This document shows, piece by piece, positions 27,675-38,001 of a stretch of 64,000 bases of DNA. This DNA comes from Candidatus Eiseniibacteriota bacterium (lineage in GTDB: Bacteria; Arandabacterota; Arandabacteria; Arandabacterales; Arandabacteraceae). Both the position numbers and the translations under genes were made by a program. How positions within the stretch are numbered: position 1 is the stretch's first letter; each line of letters begins with the position of its first letter. The notes beneath the pieces are model-generated. The model saw only the letters and a list, made by a program, of their open reading frames with translations, did no database searches and was not told where the DNA came from. The DNA is taken from positions 8,466-72,465 of the forward strand of contig JBDRNT010000171.1 of the NCBI GenBank assembly GCA_043810925.1, read 5' to 3'.

Positions 27675-28789
27675 AAGTTCTGCTTTCCGGGGCATTTCAT
27701 CCCAGGGGCACGCTCGCCTACTACGAACGGGCCTTCAGAAAACTGAACGTCCCTGTAACCTACAGCGGTATCCCGTATGGATTTGAGCGGCCGGGATATG
27801 CCGCAGACACGGATCTCAATGAGCTGCCGGGTCAGGGGGTATGTGACTGGTTCATGTACATCGAAGATATGGTGCAAAGGCCTGTCTTCCCCTTGGGCCT
27901 TGCGGAGACAAAGTATCCCACAGTCGGATACTTCCCTGACGCGGCGCTCGATCTTTCGAGACGGAAGGTGATGGCGTTGTTCTTCGACTACGTGTTCGTG
28001 GCATCCAAATGGGCGGTCGAGCCGCTCCGCCGGGTGAACCCCAATACGTTTTACCTTCCGTTTGCGTATGATCCGGAGTGCGTACCCTATCGCAGGCAGG
28101 AATACCGGTACGACGTTGCATTCGTCGGCTCCGTCTACGGCGACCGGAAGGACCTGCTGGCACAAGTAGCCTCTGAGTTCAAGATGAACGACTACGCCGG
28201 GCGCGCGACACCTGAGGAAATCGGTGAGATCTACAGTGCAAGCAAGATCGTGTTCAACAGACCGCCACCGAGAGGTCTCGACTATAACATGCGCGTTTTC
28301 GAAGCTATGGGATGCGGCAGCCTGCTCCTGACCGAGAGACTGCCCGAAGATCCGCTCTTCACGCCCGGGGAACACCTGATCACTTACGACGACAGCAAGG
28401 ATTGCATCGAGTTGATCCGGTACTACCTGGCAAATGAAGAGGAACGGGCGCGCATCGCGCGGCAGGGTCAGGAGGCCGTAAGAAGCGGGCACATGTATAC
28501 GCACCGTTTGCAGACGGTTATCCGGATTCTCGAACAGACCGGATTTCAGAGATGCGCCCCGATTCGAGAGGCCGACGTCAATCAGAGGTTTCTGTCGTAC
28601 CAGAGGGTTTTCAGCCGGATGATGATGCTTGACAGCATGGCCGACATGTTTGGTGAGCCGGATGTTTCGGCCACCGCCCGGATTCGAGCTCTTCCACTCG
28701 TAGGTGCCGCCGTCGGCCGGCGGACCAGGAGGATGTTCTGGCGAAAACTGGCGGAATCGATGCTGGGAAGGTCCAACAATGGGAGCTGA
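27671..28789 (+). CDS. CgeB-like glycosyltransferase
   Basis: YDVAFVGS, SKIVFN, NMRVFEAMGCGSLLLTE, HMYTHR. Confidence 0.82.
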   Translation: MKVLLSGAFHPRGTLAYYERAFRKLNVPVTYSGIPYGFERPGYAADTDLNELPGQGVCDWFMYIEDMVQRPVFPLGLAETKYPTVGYFPDAALDLSRRKVMALFFDYVFVASKWAVEPLRRVNPNTFYLPFAYDPECVPYRRQEYRYDVAFVGSVYGDRKDLLAQVASEFKMNDYAGRATPEEIGEIYSASKIVFNRPPPRGLDYNMRVFEAMGCGSLLLTERLPEDPLFTPGEHLITYDDSKDCIELIRYYLANEEERARIARQGQEAVRSGHMYTHRLQTVIRILEQTGFQRCAPIREADVNQRFLSYQRVFSRMMMLDSMADMFGEPDVSATARIRALPLVGAAVGRRTRRMFWRKLAESMLGRSNNGS

Positions 28790-29657
28790 TGTAATAGTGC
28801 CTGCACAGCAATCATCCCGGGCGGTGAGCACCCACGAGGTAACCTTGCCGAACAGACCTGAATGCTATCTCTGCGGCGGTGAGGTTTTCCATCTGGTCGA
28901 AGGCGTTGCAGACAGATACGACATATCGATATGCCGCAAGTGCGGCCTGGGTAAGACGGAGGGCTTCGAGCTCAGGGCCGCCCCACCCAGCGATGCTGTG
29001 AAGCCCGGTGGGACATACCGGCGCGATCTGTGCGCAATGAGCAAGCGCCGGGGCGAACTGGCAGGGGCAACAGCCAAGAGGATACAGCACCTGGCAGGCT
29101 CCGGATGCATTCTCGACATAGGTTGTTCGGGCGGCCGCCTGGTACGGGAGGTCAGCAACCGCGGGGTCACGGCATACGGTATAGACGTCGAAATCGAGCC
29201 GCTTGTCCTGGCCGGGAAGTCCGGAGTTAAGGACCTGGCCGCCGGGGACGCCCATGCGCTGCCATTCGGTGACGGCAGTTTCGATCTTGTTCATCTGAGC
29301 CACACCCTCGAACACCTGATGGACCCCGGGGCAGTGCTATCTGAGGCCTACCGGGTACTGAAGCCGGAGGGTCTCCTGATGGCAAGCGTACCGAACCACA
29401 CCGGCATGCTGCCGCGCATAACCAGGAACTGGGTCGGCTACGCGCCCTGGATGCATGTGTGGCATTTCTCGCCGGACAGTCTGGTCACTCTGCTCAGGAA
29501 AGCCCGGTTTCGGCCGTTGAAACTGACACGCTGTAACATGGAAACGCCTGAGATTGAATCCCGCTGGAAGAAGTTTGCGTGGATCTGCCTGGCGGCAATC
29601 CAGAAACACATCGGCATGGGTGACAGTATGAGCATCCTTGCTAAGAGGACACAGTGA
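28779..29657 (+). CDS. Class I SAM-dependent methyltransferase with N-terminal CxxC..CxxC
   Basis: CYLC..CRKC; LDIGCSGG; HTLEHL.DP; HVWHFS. Confidence 0.82.
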   Translation: MGADVIVPAQQSSRAVSTHEVTLPNRPECYLCGGEVFHLVEGVADRYDISICRKCGLGKTEGFELRAAPPSDAVKPGGTYRRDLCAMSKRRGELAGATAKRIQHLAGSGCILDIGCSGGRLVREVSNRGVTAYGIDVEIEPLVLAGKSGVKDLAAGDAHALPFGDGSFDLVHLSHTLEHLMDPGAVLSEAYRVLKPEGLLMASVPNHTGMLPRITRNWVGYAPWMHVWHFSPDSLVTLLRKARFRPLKLTRCNMETPEIESRWKKFAWICLAAIQKHIGMGDSMSILAKRTQ

Positions 29658-30637
29658 ATTCACCCCTGGTCTCCGTGATAGTACTCAACTACAACGGGGC
29701 CGGTCTGCTGCCCGAATGCCTGTCGTCCCTCAGTGGGCAGGACTGGCCGAACCTCGAGATCATCGTTGCCGATAACGCAAGTCACGACAACAGCCGGGAG
29801 GTCACAGAGTCGTGCGGCGCACACTTCCATGCTATGGACCGCAACTACGGCTTCTCCTACACCAATGATCATGCGGCAGCTGCCGCAAACGGGGACTTCC
29901 TGTTCTTCGTCAACAACGACATGAAATTCGACGCGTCGTGCATCTCCCGCATGATGGGACTGATACTTGCCGACGACCGGGTGTTTTCCGCGGATCCCAA
30001 GCAGCTGGACTGGGCGGGTAACAAGATAGTCCACCATGCGCTGCGCTTCGCCCCCGGTACGTTCTTCCACAGGTCGATTCTTCCGTGGGTTGATATCGTT
30101 CCGCAGGACGGGCCAATCGAGGTCCCGTTCGGCTGCGCAGGTGCCATGCTTGCAAGGAAAAGCATGTTTGATCAACTCGGCGGCTTCGACAAGGAGTTCC
30201 TTTTTGACTTTGAAGACGTCGACCTCAGCTGGCGGGCATGGCTGAAGGGCTGGAAGACGGTCCATGTGCCCGAGGCACTTGTCTACCACAAGATCTGCGG
30301 AACGTTCAAGACCGTGGCAAACACTCAGAGCGATGTCGCCGGAAAGGCCGCCCAGGACTTCACAACCCTTCGGATGATCAGCGGGCAAAAGAACTACCTG
30401 CGCTTCATCTTGAAGACCATGTCACCGGGTCTGGTAAGCCTGGTGCTCGTCCGCGAACTCCTGCGGATAGCCGGTCATGCAGTGCTCCGTCACAAGGCAA
30501 TCGCATATGTCCGGCTGCGTGCTTTCGCAACAGTCCTTAAGACGCTGCCCGCCATAATGCGGGCCAGAAAACTGGCGCTCGACGGCGCCACCACCGACAG
30601 CAGAACGCTTATAAAAAGGTTCATGGTACGAACTTGA
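29654..30637 (+). CDS. Glycosyltransferase family 2
   Basis: VIVLNYNG, ADNASHD, FVNND, FEDVDLSWR. Confidence 0.9.
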   Translation: MNSPLVSVIVLNYNGAGLLPECLSSLSGQDWPNLEIIVADNASHDNSREVTESCGAHFHAMDRNYGFSYTNDHAAAAANGDFLFFVNNDMKFDASCISRMMGLILADDRVFSADPKQLDWAGNKIVHHALRFAPGTFFHRSILPWVDIVPQDGPIEVPFGCAGAMLARKSMFDQLGGFDKEFLFDFEDVDLSWRAWLKGWKTVHVPEALVYHKICGTFKTVANTQSDVAGKAAQDFTTLRMISGQKNYLRFILKTMSPGLVSLVLVRELLRIAGHAVLRHKAIAYVRLRAFATVLKTLPAIMRARKLALDGATTDSRTLIKRFMVRT

Positions 30638-31437
30638 AATACACAGACTCACACCTGTTGGAGCAGATTCCAGTCCGGGAAGTATTCGAGGATTTCGACA
30701 TCGAATTCTACGAGCGCGAGGCGGCGCGGCGCGGGAGCGTGTGGTCATGCTCCTCGAAGGAGGAACAGTTCTTCAACGAGGCGACTCGCTTCCACTCAGT
30801 CCGAGACTTGATTCACAGGTACTTGCCCCACGGCCGCATCCTCGATGCAGCGTGCGGAGACGGCTACCTGCTCCACATGCTCGGCCGGGCCGGAGCCTTC
30901 GAGCTTTTCGGAGTCGATCTCTCGATGAGGCGTCTCAACCGCATCCCCCCTACTACTCGGGAACATAATACCGGCTTGGTCCAGGGCAATGTCTGCTGTC
31001 TACCGGTCAAAGATCAAACCTTCGATGGCTGTGTCGTGTCGGAGATCCTCGAACACCTCGGGGACACCTCTGCTCTAGCTGAGGCTTATCGCGCTCTCAA
31101 GCCGGACGGGTACCTGTTTGCGACTGTTCCCTACAAGGAGCAGATAGTCCATTACACGTGTCCTCATTGCCGGACAAGGTTCAATCCGAGCGGGCACGTG
31201 CGGGTCTATGACGAGCAAGGCCTTCGAGAGACGCTCAAAGCGCATGGCTTCATCGTTGAGGAATCGGGTGTACTGTGCAGCACTCATCTCAAGAGGCTCC
31301 GGGGCATCACGGAACGGTACCTCCGGATCAAGCCTGCATTCGGTTCGTACTACACAGGTCTCGACAGGTGGTTCTCCAGGCGGTGGCCCGACGCGTGCAC
31401 ATACCTGGCAATGGTCGGTCGAAAGCCGGCAGGGTGA
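30634..31437 (+). CDS. Class I SAM-dependent methyltransferase
   Basis: LDAACGDG, SEILEHL, LKPDG..TVP, CPHC..HVR. Confidence 0.82.
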   Translation: MKYTDSHLLEQIPVREVFEDFDIEFYEREAARRGSVWSCSSKEEQFFNEATRFHSVRDLIHRYLPHGRILDAACGDGYLLHMLGRAGAFELFGVDLSMRRLNRIPPTTREHNTGLVQGNVCCLPVKDQTFDGCVVSEILEHLGDTSALAEAYRALKPDGYLFATVPYKEQIVHYTCPHCRTRFNPSGHVRVYDEQGLRETLKAHGFIVEESGVLCSTHLKRLRGITERYLRIKPAFGSYYTGLDRWFSRRWPDACTYLAMVGRKPAG

Positions 31438-31447
31438 TCAACTGCTG

Positions 31448-33109
31448 ATGAAAACAATCCTCATAATGAAAGACGACGACAGCCGAATCCTCGGAGCCAC
31501 CCGGCGCCGGTTCGCCGGTTCCGAGGTTTCCCGGATCGCATGGAAAGATATCAAGGCCGATCGTTCGCTCAAGCAACTGGCAGCCTATTTCCGCACCATC
31601 GGGTGTGAGCACCTGGTGATGGGAGTGTCCGATCTGGCAATGCTTCGAAAGCCGCTCTTCCACAAAGTGCTTCTGCTGCTCACACGGTCAAAGGACCGCT
31701 GTATTGTCGATGCGAGCGGCAGGACGGAGCAGGTTTCATGGATTTCGCTTTTTACCCGGGATCTCCCTGTATTCGCATTCGCCCTCTTGAGCGCATTACC
31801 GCTCGTTGTTTCCACATATGTCGCAGTCTGGGCTCTGCGCATGCTGCCCCGGCGGAAAAGGTGGGCCCACGAAATCCGCGAAAGCAAGACGGTGGCCTAC
31901 CTGCGCATTCATTTCTTCAACACAATCTTCGGCGGCACGCTCGCACATACACACGGCGTGATCCAGGGCTTTGAGGAGAACGGGTATGAGGTCGTCCTGC
32001 TGTGCTCCGACGAGTTGCTGGCTGCGGAGCGATATCCGACCCGGTACCGGCTTGCACCGCCCTACCTCTATCGAGATCTCCCGGAAATTCAGGAGCTCGC
32101 CTACAACTTCAAGCTTGTACTGTCCGGCTGGCGCATTCTGAGACGGCACCGTCCGGGCGTACTTTACCAGCGCCATCACGGTCGCACGTTCGCCGGGCTC
32201 GCTCTCGCACGGCTCCTGGGAGTACCCCTGGTTCTCGAGTTCAACAGCTCGGACTACCAGCGTGCGAGGTTGTGGAATGAGCGCACGTACCGATTCACTC
32301 ATCTGTTAGGAACAATTGAGAATCTCAGTGTCTCAAAAGCGGAGCTGGTCGTGGTGGTGTCCGAGCCCCTCAAGCGGCTCGCACTCAGCCTCGACGGAAC
32401 CGAGCCGGAGCGGGTACTGGTCCAGCCGAACGGGGTCAACACGTCCGAGTTCACGCCCGGGATGTCGGGTGAGCCGGTACGCGCACGCCTGGGCATCCCC
32501 GGTGAGAGTGTGGTCGTCGGATTCATCGGCAGCATCATGCCCTACATGGGTATCGATGTTTTGATCGACGCCGCCCTTGAGATCGGAAAACGGCGGCGGC
32601 CGGCGGGTAAGGAACGACCGGACCTGCACATTTTGATCGTCGGAGACGGCGGCCTGCGAGCAGATCTCGAACACAGAGCGCAAAGCCAGGGTTCCCCGGA
32701 GTGCCGGGTGCACTTCACCGGTGCAGTCCCATTTACCGAGGTCGGACACTACATGGCCGCCTGCGACGTGCTTGCGTCACCGCACAATACTCAACTCCGC
32801 GATGAGGATTTCTACTGGTCGCCGATCAAACTTTTCGAATACATGGCGATGGGAAAGGCCATCATCGCCAGCCGCATCGGGCAGATCGCAGAGGTGCTCG
32901 CGGATAACGAAGACGCTTTACTCGTGAGGCCCGGCGATGTGAAAGCCCTGGCGGACGCGATCACGGAGCTGGCGAATGACCCGGAGAAGCGACGGCGGCT
33001 CGGGGCCAACGCCAGACAGAGCGCAGTCAGTAACCACACCTGGCAGAAAAACGTAGCGAATGTCCTGAAGACGCAGGAGGCGATGGTGCATGCAGGGATG
33101 GAGATATGA
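31448..33109 (+). CDS. Glycosyltransferase family 4 with N-terminal extension
   Basis: ATG 31448; PNGV, GFIGS, VGDG, SPIKLFEYMAMGKAII. Confidence 0.85.
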   Translation: MKTILIMKDDDSRILGATRRRFAGSEVSRIAWKDIKADRSLKQLAAYFRTIGCEHLVMGVSDLAMLRKPLFHKVLLLLTRSKDRCIVDASGRTEQVSWISLFTRDLPVFAFALLSALPLVVSTYVAVWALRMLPRRKRWAHEIRESKTVAYLRIHFFNTIFGGTLAHTHGVIQGFEENGYEVVLLCSDELLAAERYPTRYRLAPPYLYRDLPEIQELAYNFKLVLSGWRILRRHRPGVLYQRHHGRTFAGLALARLLGVPLVLEFNSSDYQRARLWNERTYRFTHLLGTIENLSVSKAELVVVVSEPLKRLALSLDGTEPERVLVQPNGVNTSEFTPGMSGEPVRARLGIPGESVVVGFIGSIMPYMGIDVLIDAALEIGKRRRPAGKERPDLHILIVGDGGLRADLEHRAQSQGSPECRVHFTGAVPFTEVGHYMAACDVLASPHNTQLRDEDFYWSPIKLFEYMAMGKAIIASRIGQIAEVLADNEDALLVRPGDVKALADAITELANDPEKRRRLGANARQSAVSNHTWQKNVANVLKTQEAMVHAGMEI

Positions 33110-34056
33110 ACTTAAAGACCGCGCGTAGAGAGCCTTCCCAGTCCGCATCGGAGTGGTGGCAAGGTCTCTGGGACACTGTTGCATACCACCCCAACATGAG
33201 TTTCACCCTGACACTGGTAAACCATGCCCCTCTGGTCTACAACAGGTACCTTGCAAGGTTCCAGAAGCAGAGTGTGCTCCACGCTTTGAAGCACATTGGC
33301 TCGCTTGCAGGCAAGCGCGTACTGGATGTCGGCTGCGGCCAGGGACGCTGGACAAAACTCTGGAGCCGTCTCGGGGCGGATGCGATCGGCGTAGATATCA
33401 GTTTGCCCCTGTTGTCGGCCAACATTGTCGGTCCGTCAGACAACCCAAAACCGGAATACCATTATGCGGCCATGGCTGTTGAGAACCTCGCTATTGCCGA
33501 CCGGTCCGTCGACATGACCTCGTCAATCACGGTGCTCCAACATATTCCGTATGAACGCCAGCAAAGAGCGATCCGGGAAATGGTCAGATGTGTAAGACCA
33601 GGCGGACTAATCCTCATACACGAGCATGTTCGCAGACAACCCGGCGTGGAAGGTTCTGATGCCTCGACGACATTCCCGAACCTTCCGGAGGAATGGGTGG
33701 GCATGTTCGGCGATGAGGGCTGCCATCTCCTCTTTGCCGAACGATGCCCCCTTATGCCGTTGTTTGCCGCATACTGGTCGCTGCGCGATCGGATCCTCCG
33801 GCTGGTAAAGCCCGCGGGATCCCGGTCCCCCTCTCCCGGCTCGCCGTCCGGGTCCCTGCAACAGGTACCGGCGCGAAACCGGCACGCGCTGGCCAGACTG
33901 TATCGCACCGTCAACTACTGCGTTTACTGGCTGCTCACATGGCCTTCCTGGGGGATGGAGTATCTGCTCCAACTTCTTCCCCGGAAGGACAGATGGACCG
34001 GCCAGGCCACACTCGGCGCGCACCAGACATTCCTTTTCAAGAAGGGCGGGAAATGA
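33106..34056 (+). CDS. Class I SAM-dependent methyltransferase
   Basis: VLDVGCGQGRW, GVDIS, TVLQHI, VRPGG. Confidence 0.82.
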   Translation: MNLKTARREPSQSASEWWQGLWDTVAYHPNMSFTLTLVNHAPLVYNRYLARFQKQSVLHALKHIGSLAGKRVLDVGCGQGRWTKLWSRLGADAIGVDISLPLLSANIVGPSDNPKPEYHYAAMAVENLAIADRSVDMTSSITVLQHIPYERQQRAIREMVRCVRPGGLILIHEHVRRQPGVEGSDASTTFPNLPEEWVGMFGDEGCHLLFAERCPLMPLFAAYWSLRDRILRLVKPAGSRSPSPGSPSGSLQQVPARNRHALARLYRTVNYCVYWLLTWPSWGMEYLLQLLPRKDRWTGQATLGAHQTFLFKKGGK

Positions 34057-34871
34057 ACATCCAAGCCGCGACAAAGCCGACTCGATCCGAAACCGAAGAC
34101 GCTTTCTGGGATGCCCGCTGGGCCGGCGGCCACATGATTCATGTAAATGAGAGGGAGAAGCTGGAAGGCATTCTTACCATGATACCGGAAACGCTGGGGA
34201 CTCTCCTCGACGTGGGATGCGGGACCGGCTGGATGCTCGAGGCCTTACGGCCACGTTGCGATTACATGGTGGGGCTCGATTCCTCGCTCCAGGGACTTGG
34301 GCGGGCGAGTGGAACAGGTGATGCGGTCGCCGGCTCGGGAATCCATCTCCCCTTCCGTGACGGCACCTTTGACCTGGTTCTGTGCGCCGAGGTACTTGAG
34401 CACTACCGCGATGACGTGCTGGATGAGGCCGCCGCGGAGCTCGCACGGGTAAGCAAGCGCTCTGTACTTGTGACGGTGCCGTTTGAGGAGAACCTGGTAA
34501 TGAACACCGTGCGGTGTGACAACTGCTCGACCGAGTTCCACTCAAGCCTCCACATGCGCTCCTTTTCCGCGCAGGATCTGGTCAGGCTTTTCGAACCGCA
34601 TGGCCTTACAGCAGCTGCCGTTCGAAAAACCGGGAACAGACCTTATCGTTCCGAGTGGATCGTTCGCATGAACGCGGCCCTTACCGGGTACCGCGCATTC
34701 TGGCGGAGGGGGCTGCGATGTCCCCGTTGCGGAAACACGGAGTTTCGATGCCGCCGGGCCCGTGAGAACCCGGTCTCACTCGTGCTGGAGGGCATGAACC
34801 GGATTCTCAGCCGCCTGCTGCCGTCTCAACCCCATAACCTGTGCGTGCTTCTGGAAAAGGACCAGGGATGA
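34053..34871 (+). CDS. Class I SAM-dependent methyltransferase with two CxxC motifs
   Basis: ATG 34053; LDVGCGTG, AEVLEH, CDNC, CPRC. Confidence 0.82.
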   Translation: MNIQAATKPTRSETEDAFWDARWAGGHMIHVNEREKLEGILTMIPETLGTLLDVGCGTGWMLEALRPRCDYMVGLDSSLQGLGRASGTGDAVAGSGIHLPFRDGTFDLVLCAEVLEHYRDDVLDEAAAELARVSKRSVLVTVPFEENLVMNTVRCDNCSTEFHSSLHMRSFSAQDLVRLFEPHGLTAAAVRKTGNRPYRSEWIVRMNAALTGYRAFWRRGLRCPRCGNTEFRCRRARENPVSLVLEGMNRILSRLLPSQPHNLCVLLEKDQG

Positions 34872-36919
34872 AGAACTGCGGCCTGATGTTGAGCCATCTC
34901 TCACCTTCTGAATTGCTCAAGCGAGCAATCCGCAAGCCCGTTCGCGCCGTCGGACTTTACCACAGGGAGCACCAGGCACGAAAGGCGATCGAAGACGGGC
35001 ACCTGGATCAGGTCCTCGAACAGGCAGTGACCGGTGGTGGAAATCGCGACGTCTGGCTGAGAGAGGTCAGATTCGGCTGTCCCCCGGTACTCTTCACTGA
35101 ATGGAACCAGGACTTCTTCAGAATGCTTGCGCAGCGGCTTTCCGATGGCGGTAGAGACGCCCGCAACGATGCAGACCGCGTCTGCCGGCATGTGTTCGAC
35201 CTGATGGGTTCCGGACCCACTGAGTTGGGTGAGACAATTGACTGGCACACGGATTTTAAGTCGGGCAAAACGTGGAAACCGGACGTCTTCTACAAGCGCG
35301 TCCGTATGGATGAACTTGAGGGTGCTGACATTCTGGTTCCGTGGTGGATGAGCTCCTTCTACCACATAATGCCACTCGGGAGAGCTTATCGACTGAGCCA
35401 GCATGAGGCGTACGCCGGTGAATTCGCGCGACAGATCACCGGCTGGATCGATGCCAATCCCTATCCCTTCGGTATCAACTGGGCGTCCCCGACAGTTGTT
35501 TCTATTCGTTTGATTCACTGGATCTGGGGCTATCACTTCTTCCGGCGCAGCTATGTCATACCGGACGCCTTCTGGTGGCAATACCTCAAGCAAATCTGGC
35601 TCCATGCCCGACACATAAGAGACAATCTTGAGTGGTTCCCGGTTCGAACCAATCACTACCTCTCCAACCTGGCAGCGTTGTTCTTCACGGGGTTGCTCTT
35701 CCCTTCCCTACCGGAGGCAGGCAAGTGGCGTGACTTCGCCCACCAGGAGCTCATACGCGAGATAGAGCATCATGTGTATCCGGACGGGACGGTACACGAA
35801 GGGTCGCTCAACTATCACCGGTTCGTGACTGAGATCATGCTGACGGTCCTGGTGCTCGGCAAGCGCCACGGTCTCGAATTTCCGGCGTCATACCTTAAGC
35901 GTTTGGAGAAAGCACTGGAATTCACCCTTCATTATACGGCGCCCGACGGCACCGCACCACGCGTCGGAGACGGGGCACCGATTGCGCTTCAGAATCTGGG
36001 GCAGCCCGACTTGACCGGCGACCACCGATGGCTTCTTGCAGTGGGCGCGGTAGTGTTCGGTCGTTCCGACTTCAAGGCAGCGGCAGGCCGTCCGTCCGAG
36101 GCCCTGCTCTGGCTCATGGGCCCCGATGGGTTGGACGCGTACGAGAAGCTCCCGGTCGTGAAGCCGGGCGCAACCGCACACCCCGTGGCTTCGCGTAGCT
36201 TTCCCGACGGAGGTTTTCACATCATCCGGGACGGTGGCCTCTACGTGCTGATAAGATGCGGCCCCCTTGCGGTGGAAGGAGTCCGCGGGCACTGGCATTA
36301 TGACCAGCTCCACTTCGAACTCTGGGCACACGGCCGGCCGGTTATCGTAGACCCGGGCTGGTACTGCTACGAGGCCGATGCAAACGAGATGCGGCGGTTC
36401 AAGTCTACTGCTTATCACAACACGCTGGTTGTCGATGAGCGGGACCAGATAAAGGACGATTTATTCATCTACCCTGCCCCTCAAAGGCCCGAGCCGAGGG
36501 TGGTCCGGTGGGACACGAACGAACACGGCGCAAAGTTCGCCGGTGTTCACGAGCTCTACCGTGACCTGCCACATCCGGCCGTTCACGAGAGGCTCATAGA
36601 CTATGCCGGGGGCGGGGGATCGCTTGTGATCGAGGACACGGTCGATGGGGCCGGCAGCAACCGGCTGGACTGGTTCTTCCACTTTGCGCCCGGCATCAGT
36701 GTGAAACTGCAGGGAGGGCGCGTGGAATTCGAGGGGGATGGTCTGAAGGGGACACTTTCGCCTATAGCAGCGGTCGAGATGAAGGCCGATGTCACTGAAG
36801 GCTGGGTGGCGAAGCGATACGGCGAGAAGTGCAGCGGACAGGTTCTGCATTACCGCGCCGGCTCTCCCCTGCCGGTGAAGGCCAGGTTCGAGATTGCTAT
36901 TTCCCCGGAGCAAGCATGA
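34868..36919 (+). CDS. Heparinase II/III-like (alginate lyase-fold) protein
   Basis: IDWHTDF, NPYPFGINW, TNHYLSN, EGSLNYH, GHWHYDQLHFEL, VDPG..Y, HNTLVVD. Confidence 0.85.
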   Translation: MKNCGLMLSHLSPSELLKRAIRKPVRAVGLYHREHQARKAIEDGHLDQVLEQAVTGGGNRDVWLREVRFGCPPVLFTEWNQDFFRMLAQRLSDGGRDARNDADRVCRHVFDLMGSGPTELGETIDWHTDFKSGKTWKPDVFYKRVRMDELEGADILVPWWMSSFYHIMPLGRAYRLSQHEAYAGEFARQITGWIDANPYPFGINWASPTVVSIRLIHWIWGYHFFRRSYVIPDAFWWQYLKQIWLHARHIRDNLEWFPVRTNHYLSNLAALFFTGLLFPSLPEAGKWRDFAHQELIREIEHHVYPDGTVHEGSLNYHRFVTEIMLTVLVLGKRHGLEFPASYLKRLEKALEFTLHYTAPDGTAPRVGDGAPIALQNLGQPDLTGDHRWLLAVGAVVFGRSDFKAAAGRPSEALLWLMGPDGLDAYEKLPVVKPGATAHPVASRSFPDGGFHIIRDGGLYVLIRCGPLAVEGVRGHWHYDQLHFELWAHGRPVIVDPGWYCYEADANEMRRFKSTAYHNTLVVDERDQIKDDLFIYPAPQRPEPRVVRWDTNEHGAKFAGVHELYRDLPHPAVHERLIDYAGGGGSLVIEDTVDGAGSNRLDWFFHFAPGISVKLQGGRVEFEGDGLKGTLSPIAAVEMKADVTEGWVAKRYGEKCSGQVLHYRAGSPLPVKARFEIAISPEQA

Positions 36920-38001
36920 GAATCCTGTTCAATGCATTTCCCACGCACTGCCAGGGCGGTGGTGCGCTTGTAAAACTCAGGAAGCTCGAAGAGCATTTCA
37001 CGGCCAGGGGCCACCTGGTGGACTTCTACGACCCGTGGCGAACCGACATAGAGAAGTACGATATCTATCATCACTTTTCCTTCTTCAAGTGGGACCTGCC
37101 GATGATCCAGTATGCCCGGGCTACCGGCGTCAAGGTGGTCGTCGAGACCATGTACTGGTGGTCATGGAAGTACGCCCTCTTCTATCCGCAACCCCTGGCA
37201 GGCCGGCTTCGTGCCATGGCGCATCACGCGATCAAGACGGTTGTTCCACGGCTTGCGCCCCAGCACAAAGTTGCCTGTGCCGCTGATCTCCTGATGGCCA
37301 ACTCCCGTACCGAGGCCCGCCTGCTCGCGCGGCACTTCGCAGTTTCCTACGACAAGATTGCCGTCATACCCAACGCGGCCGATGCCCGGTTCCGAGAGGC
37401 ATCCCCTGATCGCTTCGTCGAGAAGTACGGACTTAAGGATTTCGTCCTGGTCGTGGGTATGTTCGAGTTGAGGAAGAACCAGCTGACACTCATACGCGCC
37501 CTCAAGGAAACCGGGGTACCGGTTGTCTTTATCGGCGTATCGCCTCCACCGCACAGGTGGTACTACGAGCTCTGTCGCCGTGAGGCCACGCAAGAGATGA
37601 AGTTCATCGACCGGATAGACCATGACGATCCGCTTCTGGCATCGACTTATGCCGCAGCCGACACGCTTGTCATGCCCTCATGGCATGAGACCGTCGGGAA
37701 GGTCGCACTCGAAGCCGGGCTGGCCGGCGCGAAGCTGGTGGTCACCACATTCTGCCCAATCCGGGAGTATCTCGGTGACCTAGCACGGTACGTGCACCCC
37801 GGAGACGAGCGTGGACTCAGGAAGGCCGTTATCGAAAGCATGGCATCGCCAAAGGACTTCCGGGTAAGAGAGCATATGGGCAGTGATTATCTCTGGGACA
37901 GGGTTGCAGACCTGCGCCTGGAAGCATACGGCAGGTTGCTTGACGGCAAACAGGCGGCCTCATGCGAATCTGAACTTGTGGGAGCCAGCACATGCCGGTA
38001 A
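36916..38001 (+). CDS. Glycosyltransferase family 4
   Basis: ATG 36916; RKNQ, PSWHETVGKVALEAGLAG. Confidence 0.85.
   Translation: MRILFNAFPTHCQGGGALVKLRKLEEHFTARGHLVDFYDPWRTDIEKYDIYHHFSFFKWDLPMIQYARATGVKVVVETMYWWSWKYALFYPQPLAGRLRAMAHHAIKTVVPRLAPQHKVACAADLLMANSRTEARLLARHFAVSYDKIAVIPNAADARFREASPDRFVEKYGLKDFVLVVGMFELRKNQLTLIRALKETGVPVVFIGVSPPPHRWYYELCRREATQEMKFIDRIDHDDPLLASTYAAADTLVMPSWHETVGKVALEAGLAGAKLVVTTFCPIREYLGDLARYVHPGDERGLRKAVIESMASPKDFRVREHMGSDYLWDRVADLRLEAYGRLLDGKQAASCESELVGASTCR

Noticed and set aside
33811-33860. Hairpin within a Pro/Ser-rich stretch of a methyltransferase as another in-frame repeat insertion
   Set aside because: Short GC-rich pairing with no match to the repeat families seen here; could be chance.
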